35,137 nt of DNA from Octopus bimaculoides. Lineage: Eukaryota. Within the stretch, counting starts at the first letter, position 1. The number at the start of each line of letters is the position of its first letter. Location: contig NC_068987.1 in the NCBI RefSeq assembly GCF_001194135.2, positions 108,439,710 through 108,474,846 on the forward strand, read 5' to 3'. The translations under genes and the position numbers were made by a program. Of this stretch, positions 1 through 10,960 are shown in pieces. A model generated the notes under the pieces. The model was not told the DNA's origin. It did no database searches and saw only the letters and a program-made list of their open reading frames with translations.

Positions 1-45
<45 letters not shown>
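1..45. repeat. (TG)n microsatellite, truncated by window start
   Basis: Direct reading of the sequence. Confidence 0.98.
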
Positions 46-47
<2 letters not shown>

Positions 48-189
48 ATGCGTGGTGTAAACTTCACCACGAACCTACCTCTTCCTTCTTAATGCTCGGC
101 AGTAAATCAATGTTAGAAAGACCTTATTAATACACCATGTGTTGTGATAAGGCCCCATCTCCTACTCCCGCCTTTAGCAATATCTTTTC

Positions 190-506
190 TCGTCATTTAC
201 TCTCTCTCTCTCTCTCTCTATCTATCTCTCTCTCTATCTATCTAACTCTATCTCCCACTCTTAGACATCGTTCTTGTTTAACCACCTCACCACATATGTT
301 TTCATTGACGCCTCTCATTGTCTCACTGCTTTTTTTTTTTTTTTTCCCTGCCACACTTAACTTTTCGCTCCGTCACTCTTTCTCTCTCATATTTTAATAG
401 CCTTACTTGTTCTTTCTCCCCTTCTCACCTAATCTTCACTTGCTCCTTCTATCTCTCTCCCTCACAAATTAACATTCAAGCTCTCTTTCTTCTCGCCTCT
501 CTCTGC

Positions 507-547
<41 letters not shown>

Positions 548-1008
548 CATATCTACCAATATCTCTTTTGTTTTTCATTTGCTGTTTCCCTCTCTCTACA
601 ACTTTCGGACCTTGTCCCCTCTCACCTTTATCACTAACATTCGTTCTGTCTTTCTTCTCGTCTCTCTACCTCTATCTCTTTCTCTCCTTCCCTGTAATTC
701 TGTTTCTCTTTCCTTCTCTTACTCTCTACTTGACTCTATATACTTTCTCTCTCCACTCTCTCTCTCTCTCTCTTCTAGTTTTCAGATAGTCTTCCTCTTT
801 ACTCCCTAACTTTCGCTCATACTTTCTTCTCACCTCTTTATCAATTTCTCTCTCTCTCTCTCTCCTTTTCTTATTGTCGTCACTTGTTCTCTATCGCTCA
901 CTGAATTTCCCTGTCTTTCTTCTCGACTCCCCGATTCCAACTTTCTCGCTCTCTCTCGCTCTCTCTCTCGCTCTCTCTGTCTCTGTCTGTCTCTCTCTNN
1001 NNNNNNNN

Positions 1009-1055
<47 letters not shown>

Positions 1056-1100
1056 TCTCACTCTGTCTTTTGTTTTTGTTTTTTTTTCTCTCTCCTTCCC
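190..1100. repeat. Long (CT)n-rich polypyrimidine low-complexity tract with a 10-N gap at 999-1008
   Basis: Many CT/TCTC runs; the SLSLSL ORFs in the track are a by-product. Confidence 0.95.
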
Positions 1101-1302
1101 TGAGACAATACTAATATCACTTGTCTAACTTTGATTCTTTAAATACCAGCCAACGTTGGTTCTGAGTAAATAAACTTTAGAATTACCAAATGTTTTAGTT
1201 TCGTCAAGCATATGATATAAATACACTCAGTCACACCTATGTACCACGTGCACAGACAAACACATTCACATACGTGCTTGTGCACACATCTAAATGCACG
1301 TA

Positions 1303-1304
<2 letters not shown>

Positions 1305-1342
<38 letters not shown>

Positions 1343-2000
1343 NNNNNNNNNNNNNNNNNNNNNNNNNNNNNNNNNNNNNNNNNNNNNNNNNNNNNNNNNN
1401 NNNNNNNNNNNNNNNNNNNNNNNNNNNNNNNNNNNNNNNNNNNNNNNNNNNNNNNNNNNNNNNNNNNNNNNNNNNNNNNNNNNNNNNNNNNNNNNNNNNN
1501 NNNNNNNNNNNNNNNNNNNNNNNNNNNNNNNNNNNNNNNNNNNNNNNNNNNNNNNNNNNNNNNNNNNNNNNNNNNNNNNNNNNNNNNNNNNNNNNNNNNN
1601 NNNNNNNNNNNNNNNNNNNNNNNNNNNNNNNNNNNNNNNNNNNNNNNNNNNNNNNNNNNNNNNNNNNNNNNNNNNNNNNNNNNNNNNNNNNNNNNNNNNN
1701 NNNNNNNNNNNNNNNNNNNNNNNNNNNNNNNNNNNNNNNNNNNNNNNNNNNNNNNNNNNNNNNNNNNNNNNNNNNNNNNNNNNNNNNNNNNNNNNNNNNN
1801 NNNNNNNNNNNNNNNNNTATATATATATATATATATATACGTATATATATATATGTAAATATATGAGTATATACAAAGGTATGCATATGTATGCATGTAT
1901 ATATGTATGTGTATGTGTGTATGTATGTACGTATGTATGTAGTATGTATGTATGCATGCATGTATGTATGTATGTATGTATGTATGTATGTATGTATGCA
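1305..2000. repeat. (TA)n, N-gap 1343-1817, (TATG)n compound microsatellite
   Basis: Direct reading of the sequence. Confidence 0.95.
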
Positions 2001-2639
2001 CGCATATATTTAAGTATATTCACACACGCATCCCGCATACTCTAAAACACAGCTACACATATTTACTCGCCGAGAAACAAGCAAACATATACCAATGTAC
2101 ATACAGTAGAGGAATGCTAATACTGTTGGTATTTATTTCGTCTCACACAGTTATTTCCCGCTTTCGATTTTTGAGATAACAAACCTAGCACATCGTACTT
2201 TTTAATTCTTCATGATTTGCAACTCTTTGAAATGTCAGAGAGTTTTGTGTTACCATTTTAAATGGCACTACATTAATCTTGTGTTTATTGATTCTTTTTT
2301 CCTCTGCGTTCCTTCTCGACTGGGTGCCATTCCTTGTGTCTTTTACTTCGAAAATTTTCATTGATGCAATACAGTTTCTTTTTATCTACGCCCTCTTTCT
2401 CACAGTCACACTTACACTCAGCCTGCTTCTTTCCCGCCACCCTCACTCTTTCCCTTTACTCTCACTCTTTCCCTCCTCTCATTTTCTTTTTCTTCTCACA
2501 TATTCACGTACATTCAGATACAGTCTGTCATCCTTATACCTAAATATATACATATACACAAAATTCCTTTTCATATTTTTATCAAAGCTGAGCTTACGTA
2601 AGTACAACTATATATATAACTGAAATGCTGCAAGCCCTA

Positions 2640-3640
2640 ATTCTCGCCATCTGTCACACACTATCAAATTCTTTTATATATCAAACATTGCTCAGTCATA
2701 ACGAAATAGAAATTACTCATTCCTTACATAATCTCTTTTACCAATCTAGTTGATTGTTTCAGTGAAGTCTCTGACGTTTGCCGTGTGGATTTCCTATGTG
2801 TACCAGTTTAGTATCCGAAATGTTGCTTTTAACAATGGTACTGCAAATACATTGTGGGATATTGTCTTGTACGAGGAGTAAGCTGATAGCCATATTTTTT
2901 GAGTCTAATGCAATATTCCCTGGTCTCCGTATCATTTTTGAGTTTGCGGGTCTGTTTTTTCCAAGTTCAACAATCAAATATGAACATCTCATTAGATGAA
3001 ATTCAATCCCTTTGTCAGATGAGAATGTTATTGCTAACTCCAGCTCTATTTTTGCATTATTAGCATTTTTAGCAGATCTTCATCTCAACCACAAAGAAAT
3101 TTTGAGTTGTGTTGGTATAACTAGCAGTTACAGACCCTAGCATGCAACTATTGGATATTTGTAATAGAAATGATAACGGATTTCATGCCAAAATATACAG
3201 ATTTATAGAAAGATTATCTCCTTGGAATATTCCCTTTGAAATATTTATAATGCCAGAGACGACCATCCGATCTCAATGGAAGATTGTGACACAGGAATTT
3301 GCGAGTGTCCCAATGGCAGAAACTAAGGAAGCAAGTACTTTTGTCAAATGCTGAGATTTCAGCAGTCATGAGTGAGGGACAGTGTCACCTGCTTTTCTAT
3401 GATCAAGCCAAAATGTCTCAAGATTTCTACGGTGTTTTCTTACTTCAGACAAAAGAGCTTTTTTTATATATACAAAATTTGTTTGGTATATCCCCCATAC
3501 TCACTTCCTTTCACGTGCCTTCTCATCAGTCACATTGCTGAAATAAGTGATTGAGACATCTTGGGTAAAGCTTAAATATAATACTTAGTCAAAACATTGA
3601 CCTGTAGAGTGTTGCCAACTTAATAGTTACATACTTGGCT
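2640..3640 (-). mobile_element. Degenerate non-LTR retrotransposon reverse transcriptase relic, R4/Dong-like
   Basis: Manual minus-strand translation across stops and frameshifts gives collinear RT motifs: YRSMF*LSIIFKLY; EVRKHRRNLETFWLDHRKAGDTVPHS*; KGIFQGDNLSINLYILA*NPLSFLL (about 3160-3235); TQNFFVVEMKI (FVDD equivalent); ITFSSDKGIEFHLMRCSYLIVELGK; KIWLSAYSSYKTISHNVFAVPLLKATFRILNW. The clade call rests on my recollection of GIFQGDSLS/NFFVDDLK-type motifs. Confidence 0.8.
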
Positions 3641-3658
3641 ACAGTATATGACCATGCT

Positions 3659-3762
3659 ATCGGGGTCGATAAATTAAGTACCAGTTGCGTACTGGGATCG
3701 ATCTAATCGACTGGCCGCCCCTCCCCTAAAAATTCGGGCCTTGTGCTTAGAGAAGAAAGAAT
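3659..3762 (+). mobile_element. Family A SINE, 5'-truncated (3' half only)
   Basis: TCGGGGTCGATAAATTAAGTACCAGTTGCG...CGGGCCTTGTGC matches the 3' half of the neighbouring copy at 3807-4021. Confidence 0.85.
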
Positions 3763-3806
3763 ATGTCAACCTGGTCTCCCACAGTTTTTTAATATGCATA
3801 TTAATG

Positions 3807-4021
3807 AAGGTGACGAGCTGGCCGAAACGTTAGCACGCCGGGCGAAATGCTTAACGGTATTTTGTCTGTCTTTATGTTCTGAGTTCAAATTCCATCGAGG
3901 TCGACTTTGCCTTTCATCCTTTCGGGATCGATAAATCAAATACCAGTTGCATACTGCGTCGATCTAATCGAATGGCCCCTTCCCCAAAAGTTTCGGGCCT
4001 TGTGCCTCTAGAGTAAAAAAC
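3807..4021 (+). mobile_element. Family A tRNA-derived SINE, full length, with 16-bp target-site duplication
   Basis: Head GACGAGCTGGCCGAAACGTTAGC, B-box GAGTTCAAATTCC, central GCCTTTCATCCTTTCGGG; AATATGCATATTAATG repeated at 3791-3806 and 4022-4037. Confidence 0.92.
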
Positions 4022-4279
4022 AATATGCATATTAATGGATTGCTGTAGAAACATAGACTCTACTTATAATGGAGTAGTACATATATGTATGTTATCTTTG
4101 TCTTTTTAATTGGTAGCAATATTGTGAAGTAAAGCATTTTGTTTCAACCATCATAATTTAAACCTTAAAAGAAGTTCTTGGAGATGTTTATAGTCTCAGA
4201 TATTGTGATGGCTTGTAGTTTATGAATTAAAGATTTGCGTACTATCCTTAAAATCCCAAACTCATCTATACTTTGCTCC

Positions 4280-4488
4280 ATGTATGTATGTATGCAAGTA
4301 TGTATGTATGTATGTATGTATGTATGTATGTATGTATGTATGTATGTATGTATGCATGTATGTATGTATGCACGTACATACGTATGCACTCAAGTAGACA
4401 AGTATGTATGCACACACGCACGCCGTACGTACGCACTCACGTACGTATGTAAGTAAGTAAGTATGTATGTATGTATGTATGTATGTAT
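4280..4488. repeat. (TATG)n compound microsatellite
   Basis: Direct reading of the sequence. Confidence 0.95.
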
Positions 4489-4544
4489 AACCGGAGCCTC
4501 CGTATAGTTCACCTAAATATAGATCTGCACTTGCAAAACTCTTC

Positions 4545-4705
4545 TCTGACGTGCAAGTATAAATTTCTTTTTACAAGGGAAACCAAGACATGGTCATCCA
4601 AGCATACGTTCACTGTTCACTCCATCGACGCTAAGTGAAAGGCAAGGATCGATATAGATTGGAATCAGCTTTCTCGCAAATCTTAGCCATCAGAACTCAA
4701 ACATA
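4545..4705 (-). repeat. Interspersed repeat of unassigned family; second partial copy at 6270-6315
   Basis: 4575-4620 and 6270-6315 match at 41/46 positions; strand inferred from weak similarity (CCTTGCCTTTCAC..GTCGAT) to the family A central domain. Confidence 0.55.
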
Positions 4706-4916
4706 TTATATGATAATACATGCGCTGCTCTAACTGTTCCCTCCTATCTTCTGCATCTTCGTAGACTGGCACTTTACACATCAAGCATGACAGAATAAAA
4801 GTTAAAGTTGATCTTTAGGGTGGGGGGGGGTACAGATTGTCCCCTTCTCTTTTGTTGCCATATATTTTTAACTGACAAATTGATGTTCCATCCTTTCTTT
4901 TTCGTAGACCGCCTCT

Positions 4917-4919
<3 letters not shown>

Positions 4920-4981
<62 letters not shown>

Positions 4982-5002
4982 TCTCTCTCTTTCTCTCTCT
5001 CT
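4920..5002. repeat. (CT)n microsatellite
   Basis: Direct reading of the sequence. Confidence 0.97.
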
Positions 5003-5632
5003 CGCTACTGATCTGCATCTTAATATCCTGTGACCGACCTCTGTTTGCTCTAATTTTTTTCCTGACTTATTCTCATTCCCTCTCTATATCCATCTCTGCC
5101 TCTCTCTTTCTTTCTATTTCTCGCACTTTCTCACTTTCTCTTTATTTCTCACACTTTCTCTCCGTCTCGTTCTCTTTCTCACTCTCTTTCTCTCTCTCAT
5201 TCTAATACAATCTTTAATCTACTATTATTTATGATTGGCTAAAATTGCTTCCTTCTGCCACAGTTTACTTTTATTTTTGCTTGTTTTTTTTTTTTCTCAA
5301 TACGACTAGAACAGTCCGTATATCTCACTTGTCTTCTGTATATTCTTGCATTAAAAACAAAGGAACACACAGACACACATACCAGCCATCTGTTTACTTG
5401 TACATACGCTACCGTACCTAACTTTATTTAAAGAATATATTAGATCATTTTGAATTAACAGAATTTATTACCAAGAATATTCCCAAATTAATCTGAAGAT
5501 CCATTGCTCAGAAACACACCGGTCATAACAGAAATTTATAAATGTTGGTGGTCAACGGCAAATACTAAGTGGACAGAGGATTTAACCGTCTTCTGTGAAC
5601 GAATGATACTTGTATGATAGTCTCAGTACTAT

Positions 5633-6206
5633 ATTTTATCTTTTACTTGTTTCAGTAATTAGAGCGCGGCTATACTGGGGCACCGCATTGAAGAATTTTA
5701 GCCAAAGGAATAGACCCTAGAACTTTTTTGAAAATATCCTGGTATGTATTCTATTTGTCTCTTTTACGGAACCGCTTAGTTACGGGGACGTAAACATACC
5801 AACACTGACTGTCAAGGAGAGATGATGGACAAACACAGACAGAAAGACACACATACACAGAAATATATAGGCTTATATATAGAAATCTATAAGGCGGCGG
5901 GCTGGCAGAAACGTTAGCGGTATTTCGTCTGCCGTTACATTCTGAGTTCAAATTCCGCGGAGGTCGACTTTGCCTTTCATCCTTTCGGGGTCGATAAATT
6001 AAGTACTAGTTACGCACTGGGGTCGGTGCAATCGACTTAATCCCTTTGTCTGTCCCCTCTATGTTTAGCCCCTTGTGGGCAATAAAGAAATATATAGGCT
6101 TTGGACGGCCCAAGTCTATAGAAGAAGACACTTGCCCATGTGGTAAAGCTGTGGGACTGAACCCAGAACCATGTGGTTGTGAAGCAAGCGTCTTGCCACT
6201 TAGCCA
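5633..6206 (-). mobile_element. Family B SINE, split by an inserted family A SINE
   Basis: 3' half at 5633-5859 (TTTTACTTGTTTCAG...TTACGGGGACGTAAAC) and tRNA-head half at 6098-6206 (GACACTTGCCC...GGGACTGAACCC...ACCATGTGGTTG) align to the intact minus copy at 28471-28991. Confidence 0.8.
5893..6090 (+). mobile_element. Family A SINE, alternative 3' tail subfamily, nested in family B
   Basis: GGCGGCGGGCTGGCAGAAACGTTAGC...GAGTTCAAATTCC...TCGGGGTCGATAAATTAAGTAC...GCCCCTTGTGGGCAATAAAGAAA; GAAATATATAGGCTT repeated at 5860-5874 and 6087-6101. Confidence 0.9.
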
Positions 6207-7100
6207 TATATGATATGTAAAATCAAGTTAAGAGGCAAGATTCAACATCAAAATATTCATTCACTTTTTAAGGGAAACCACGACACGGTCATCCGAGCAT
6301 ATGTTCACTATTCACGCCTGTAGTGCATCCTTGCTTTCATGTTTCTATCTTACTCGTTACACTAGGCTTCTGTGTTGATGAGAGCGTTTTCTTTTTTTTT
6401 CTTTTTTTCGAGTACCTGGCGCAATTTAACTCAAAATATAATGAGTGGTAGTTAAAAACTTAAATATACAACTATACCACCTTTCTGCAAAGCGTTGTTA
6501 GGTTAAAGGTACTAATTTATCGACCCAGGTATGTATATAAACTCATAAAACATTACATGAGCAAATAATAGTTTTTTTTTTTTTATGCATCTCTTTGCAG
6601 GTTCTACAGTTTGCCGACATTTTAGAATATCATTTCTTATATTGGCAAAATGCCATATATTTTAGCGGACAGGTTAATCGTTTAAAGCAATCTCACTATT
6701 TCACTAATATTCTATTTTATCTATCCCGGAAGGACGAAAGACAAAGTTCACCTAAGTAACTTTTGAACTGAAAACATTAAAAGCCGTGTTTAAACACCGT
6801 AAGTCATTTTGTTCGACGCTCGAGCGATTTTACCAATCGACCGTCCTCACCATTTCTACTATTGATAATGATTTCTCTCAGTGCCCACAACTCACACATT
6901 TGATTATCGTATCACATAGTCGACGATATCATCAACTCAGCACTCCACTGCTACCTGTTTTAATGTACCCCAGAGAGAGGCAATACGAGGTCGACCTCTC
7001 CAGGATTGGAACTCAGAACATAAAGAAAGCTGACGTAACGTTTATAGGTATATTTTCTGATACTGACACAGATTCATGCTCCATACTTATAATAATGGCT

Positions 7101-7250
7101 TCAAATTTTGGCACAAAAGCAGCTAATTGAAGGAAACAGGTCTTAGTCGAACACAGTGTTCAACTAGATAAAAGGTTAAGTCGGACTCTGCGGAATATGA
7201 GCTTGAAGAAATACTGCTAAGCATTTTATCCGACGCTCTAACGATTCTCT
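7101..7250 (-). mobile_element. Old, diverged family A-related SINE fragment
   Basis: GAAATACTGCTAAGCATTTTATCCGACGCTCTAACGATTCT resembles the reverse complement of the family A head. Confidence 0.6.
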
Positions 7251-7495
7251 TCTACTCTTGGCACAAGGCCCGAAATTTTAGCGAGGGAGTCAGTCAATTA
7301 GATCGACCCCAGTACGCAACTGGTACTTGATTTATCGACGGCGAAACGATGAAAGGCGAAGTCAACCTCGGCAGAATTTGAACCGAGAACGTAAAGACAG
7401 ACGAAATACCGCTAAGCATTTCGCCCGACGTACTAACGTTCAGTGTGCTAACGTGTGTGCTAACGGTGTGCTAACGTTTCTGCCAGCTCGCTGCC
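7251..7495 (-). mobile_element. Family A SINE, full length, with an internal tandem amplification near the A-box
   Basis: Reverse complement of the 3807-4021 type; GTGTGCTAACG repeated three times at 7443-7477. Confidence 0.92.
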
Positions 7496-7534
7496 TTCAC
7501 CATATTGTTCCTAAAAATATTGATTTTAGACTTT

Positions 7535-7688
7535 AGTACAATGCTAACAATTTCAAGGAGAAAGTAAGTCGATTATATCGACCTCAGTGCTCAACTGGTA
7601 CTTATTTTATGGACCCAAAAGGATAAAAGACAAAGGCGACCTGAACGGAATTTGAACTCAGAACGTAAAGACGAACGAATTCCTGCCC
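7535..7688 (-). mobile_element. Old family A-related SINE fragment
   Basis: AGTCGATTATATCGACCTCAGTGCTCAACTGGTACTTATTTTAT...GGAATTTGAACTCAGAACGTAAAGACG. Confidence 0.8.
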
Positions 7689-7879
7689 AACTCATATTCC
7701 CTGTAAACTGCCTTTTTTTTTTTCTCCTCTCACTCCATCTCTGTTCCTCAATATTCATCTCACTTACGAAATGTGGATGTTCCTCTTTGATTTCGAGACA
7801 TTTTATCGCCTGTACCATTGTATTCTTTCTATTTTCATCATTGTACCCAAGTCCGTCAGTTTCCAACTCTCAATAATTA

Positions 7880-7912
7880 TCTATATACAGACATATAAAC
7901 ATGCATATATAA

Positions 7913-7962
<50 letters not shown>

Positions 7963-8007
7963 NNNNNNNNNNNNNNNNNNNNNNNNNNNNNNNNNNNNNN
8001 NNNNNNN

Positions 8008-8044
<37 letters not shown>

Positions 8045-8255
8045 TTATATATAAATACATATATACATACATACATACATATATATATATATGTGTGTAT
8101 GTATGTATGTTTGTATGTATGCATATATATCTGTATATACAAAGCACAGAATTACATATTTATATACATGCAAGCATACATATATAGCTCAAATACGCGC
8201 ACACAATGATATATACAAATATATGTAATACATATGTGTGTACGTGCGCGTGTGC

Positions 8256-8296
<41 letters not shown>

Positions 8297-8300
8297 AGTT
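7880..8300. repeat. (TA)n, N-gap 7963-8007, mixed TA/TG/CATA microsatellites
   Basis: Direct reading of the sequence. Confidence 0.93.
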
Positions 8301-8836
8301 TGTGTGAGTGTGCGCCACATGTGTATTTATGCAAGTATGTGCTCGTACAGATGCATGTGGCAGAGCACATATCGAAATATGCAAACACTATTTGTCGATA
8401 CGTCATAATACAACTGTGAGGAAACAAATAAACTAGAAACCAGAAGTGCTTTCATATATATTAAACTAATTAATTTGTACTGTGGTGTGTTGCATAATTT
8501 TCTTGAACTCTAATTGCCACCTAAGCACCAACATTATCTTAACAGATATATTGACAGTCTGTCTGGAAGAACAAGACGTATGTCTCAGTGCACCGAAATT
8601 GTTGCGAATCACCGAGGTCCAAATGGTGACAGATTCTTTGATAGATTTATATGTTTCCTCGTGGGATATTAACCATCAAAATCATTTTAAAACCATGATT
8701 TCCCATATATATTATATGCGCGTGCTAACACATCGCACGCGCACACACATTATTACAAATACGCATTCATTTATACTTAAACTCTAACACAAAAACACAC
8801 ATACACACACGTTTACTTATATGTATACATGTATGT

Positions 8837-8853
8837 AGATAGATAGATAGATG

Positions 8854-8931
<78 letters not shown>

Positions 8932-8932
8932 C
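8837..8932. repeat. (AGAT)n microsatellite
   Basis: Direct reading of the sequence. Confidence 0.97.
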
Positions 8933-10581
8933 AGTCAGAACTGTCTCTGGGTGTACCTTTGCTTACGCACGTGTGTGTATATGCGTGTAAGCATGCTTGT
9001 ATGTATGTATGTATGTATGTATGTATGTAGGCATGCTCAATTGTCAATATATTTCCTTTCATCGGTTTCGTTTACCTGAAACTGACCAATTGGGGCACGG
9101 CTTTGCTGGCTATAGTCGATTATAACCTTCCTCATACATAGGTATACTTATGCATACGAACATGCACACATATACGTACAAGTGTGTGTGTGTGTGTGCG
9201 TTTATGTGTGCGTGTTTATATGTTTTTTCCATGACTCACTGCCTCTCAGTCTTAGTATATTTGTATACTGCTGTTCAAACTTTGCGAAACGCAACAGACA
9301 TTTCCCACGTGACTTCTAAAAGTCACCTGCATGCATTTCTCTCTAACATACCACCACTAACTCAGTCGTAGTCTAAAGGTTAAAACTGATGTCGCGTACA
9401 GCCGCTAATTTGTTGAACCAATAACTGGAGATGCTGCGTACAACGAAAATAAACAGTAAAAAACATTTGGATGTAGGATACTATCAGAAACGAACCGGGA
9501 GACTTAGAACATGGAGATCTCAACGTTGAGCGCTAGCTTCGTCGGGGTTGGGTAGATTAGGAGCAGAAGAACAAAAAATAAAAATAATAAATAATACATG
9601 TATTTCCTATGATTTCACACGCACACATCCGTGTATATGAGAGAGAATCAGAGAGAGTCAGAGAGAATGACAGAGAGAAATAGAAAGGGCAGACAGAGTG
9701 AGAGAGAGAAAGAGTGTTTGACAGAGATTATAAACGGAATTGCATGGAACGGAATTGTGTGTTTGCTTGCATCATTATGTTGTTAGTAGCATCATCTAGT
9801 TCTACCTGAAGCGTGGTCGGATTGTCAGCAATCTCATTAACCCGAGGAGGATATCCATCAGATTTAACTTCTGTGGAACCGCACGTAATTATATAAAATT
9901 GTTAGGGTTACAGTCCGATTGAAGACTGAACGTTTGATGTCAAGCATGAGATAAAACTGCTATGTTACTCTCCCCGTATCGCTTTCTATACTTATGTTTA
10001 TCTTCGGGATTTTAGATTTGTGCAGTGTCAAAAATTTAAACTCCGTCATAAATGATTTGTCCCCATTTACATTGGTTACTCGCCAATGATTTTCGAGCAA
10101 AATAGATCTCTGGTGTCCCGTTTTTGCAAATTTTATTTACTTACGTCTTCTATCTATTGTATTTGTTCTCGCGTGCCTTTTCTTTACCTTCGAACTGGGG
10201 TAAAACATATTTGATTCACAGGCAAGCCTATAAACGCTAATTGCAGGCAACCATGGTCTCGATGTAATAGGTATTATTTTGATCCTGTACTGACAACCCT
10301 CTGTTTTTTGACTGGAGTTTCTTAGATATCATCGATAGCATATTTCCAGCATAGGAAGATGTTGCCTACAACTTGTTCAGATTTCAGATCTACATAGAAA
10401 TGATACGCTATACTATTCGGCAGATCATAAACATCATACACAGACGGCTCAAAATAGACACGTCACATTTTATTGTTTACCTGTACTGACACTAACTGGT
10501 CATTCAGACTTGTTAATGTATTATTATTTATCATTTTAGATAATGACATATTAATTGTTACACCCAACGAAGGAACTAGCC

Positions 10582-10960
10582 ATACCACGAACACCAAAAG
10601 CATCAAAGCCGTCTGATTTTCAAACAGATCAGTCTGAGGGTGAACTTCGCCAGCGTAAGTATGCACAAAACTTAGAGATTCTTCTTGACAAACTCAACGG
10701 AGTGATTGCGAAATTTCTTAGCAAACGCAAAGAATCAACAGCACCCCATTTAGGTTGATCTGAGCCCTCTGGCAAATGTCTTCAGGATGTCGAGCGAAGT
10801 GTTGAAAATAATCCCCGTTGTGAAGCAACTGAAATAGCAGAGCATTGCCAAATGAGTTAAAGTACTTATGTGATGTGTCTTCATCAACTTGTCCACTAGG
10901 GTAGAACAGCTAAAAGGGAAACCTTTTCTTCGACCAACAAATATCCAAAGAAGAAACAAG
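10582..10960 (+). mobile_element. Tc1-family transposase relic, N-terminal paired/HTH region only
   Basis: Translation from an ATA (probable dead ATG) at 10582: IPRTPKASKPSDFQ..RQRKYAQNLEILLDKLNGVIAKFLSKRKESTAPHLG*SEPSGKCLQDVERSVENNPRCEATEIAEHCQMS*STYVMCLHQLVH*GRTAKR, then +1 frameshift KPFLRPTNIQRR. This follows the Tc1 pattern (MPR..ELSDF; GRP; NPR; G..GR.ARRKP.L...N...R). No DDE domain follows. Confidence 0.72.

Noticed and set aside
1139-2179. Long ORFs of YIYI/VCMY/HTYI type (also near 7.8-8.4, 16.5-17.3, 24, 26-28 and 31 kb)
   Set aside because: They are translations of microsatellites and N-gaps, open in several frames at once.
3809-3832. TGACGAGCTGGCCGAAACGTT looks like a hammerhead core
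   Set aside because: It is the family A SINE head with point changes (other copies read GGCGAGCTGGCAGAAAC); C3 is missing and there is no stem I or proper stem II.
5486-5530. CTGAAGA...GAAAC...GTC hammerhead-like word order
   Set aside because: Stem II cannot form (no G-C closing pair) and stem I pairs only 2 bp; consistent with chance or extreme decay.
6601-6672. Candidate exon VLQFADILEYHFLYWQNAIYFSGQ after a strong T-tract/CAG acceptor
   Set aside because: Weak donor (GTTAAT), no recognisable protein, no partner exons; needs RNA-seq.
8546-8577. Candidate 32-nt micro-exon (AACAG...GAC/GTATGT)
   Set aside because: Splice-like words are expected by chance in 35 kb; poor pyrimidine tract and no recognisable peptide.
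10100-10540. Cys-rich pieces (ANCRQPWSRCN, IGRCCLQ) suggesting a knottin or toxin-like spliced peptide
   Set aside because: Linking them to the hydrophobic leader needs an intron of about 22 nt, and the region lies just upstream of the Tc1 relic, probably its 5' non-coding part.
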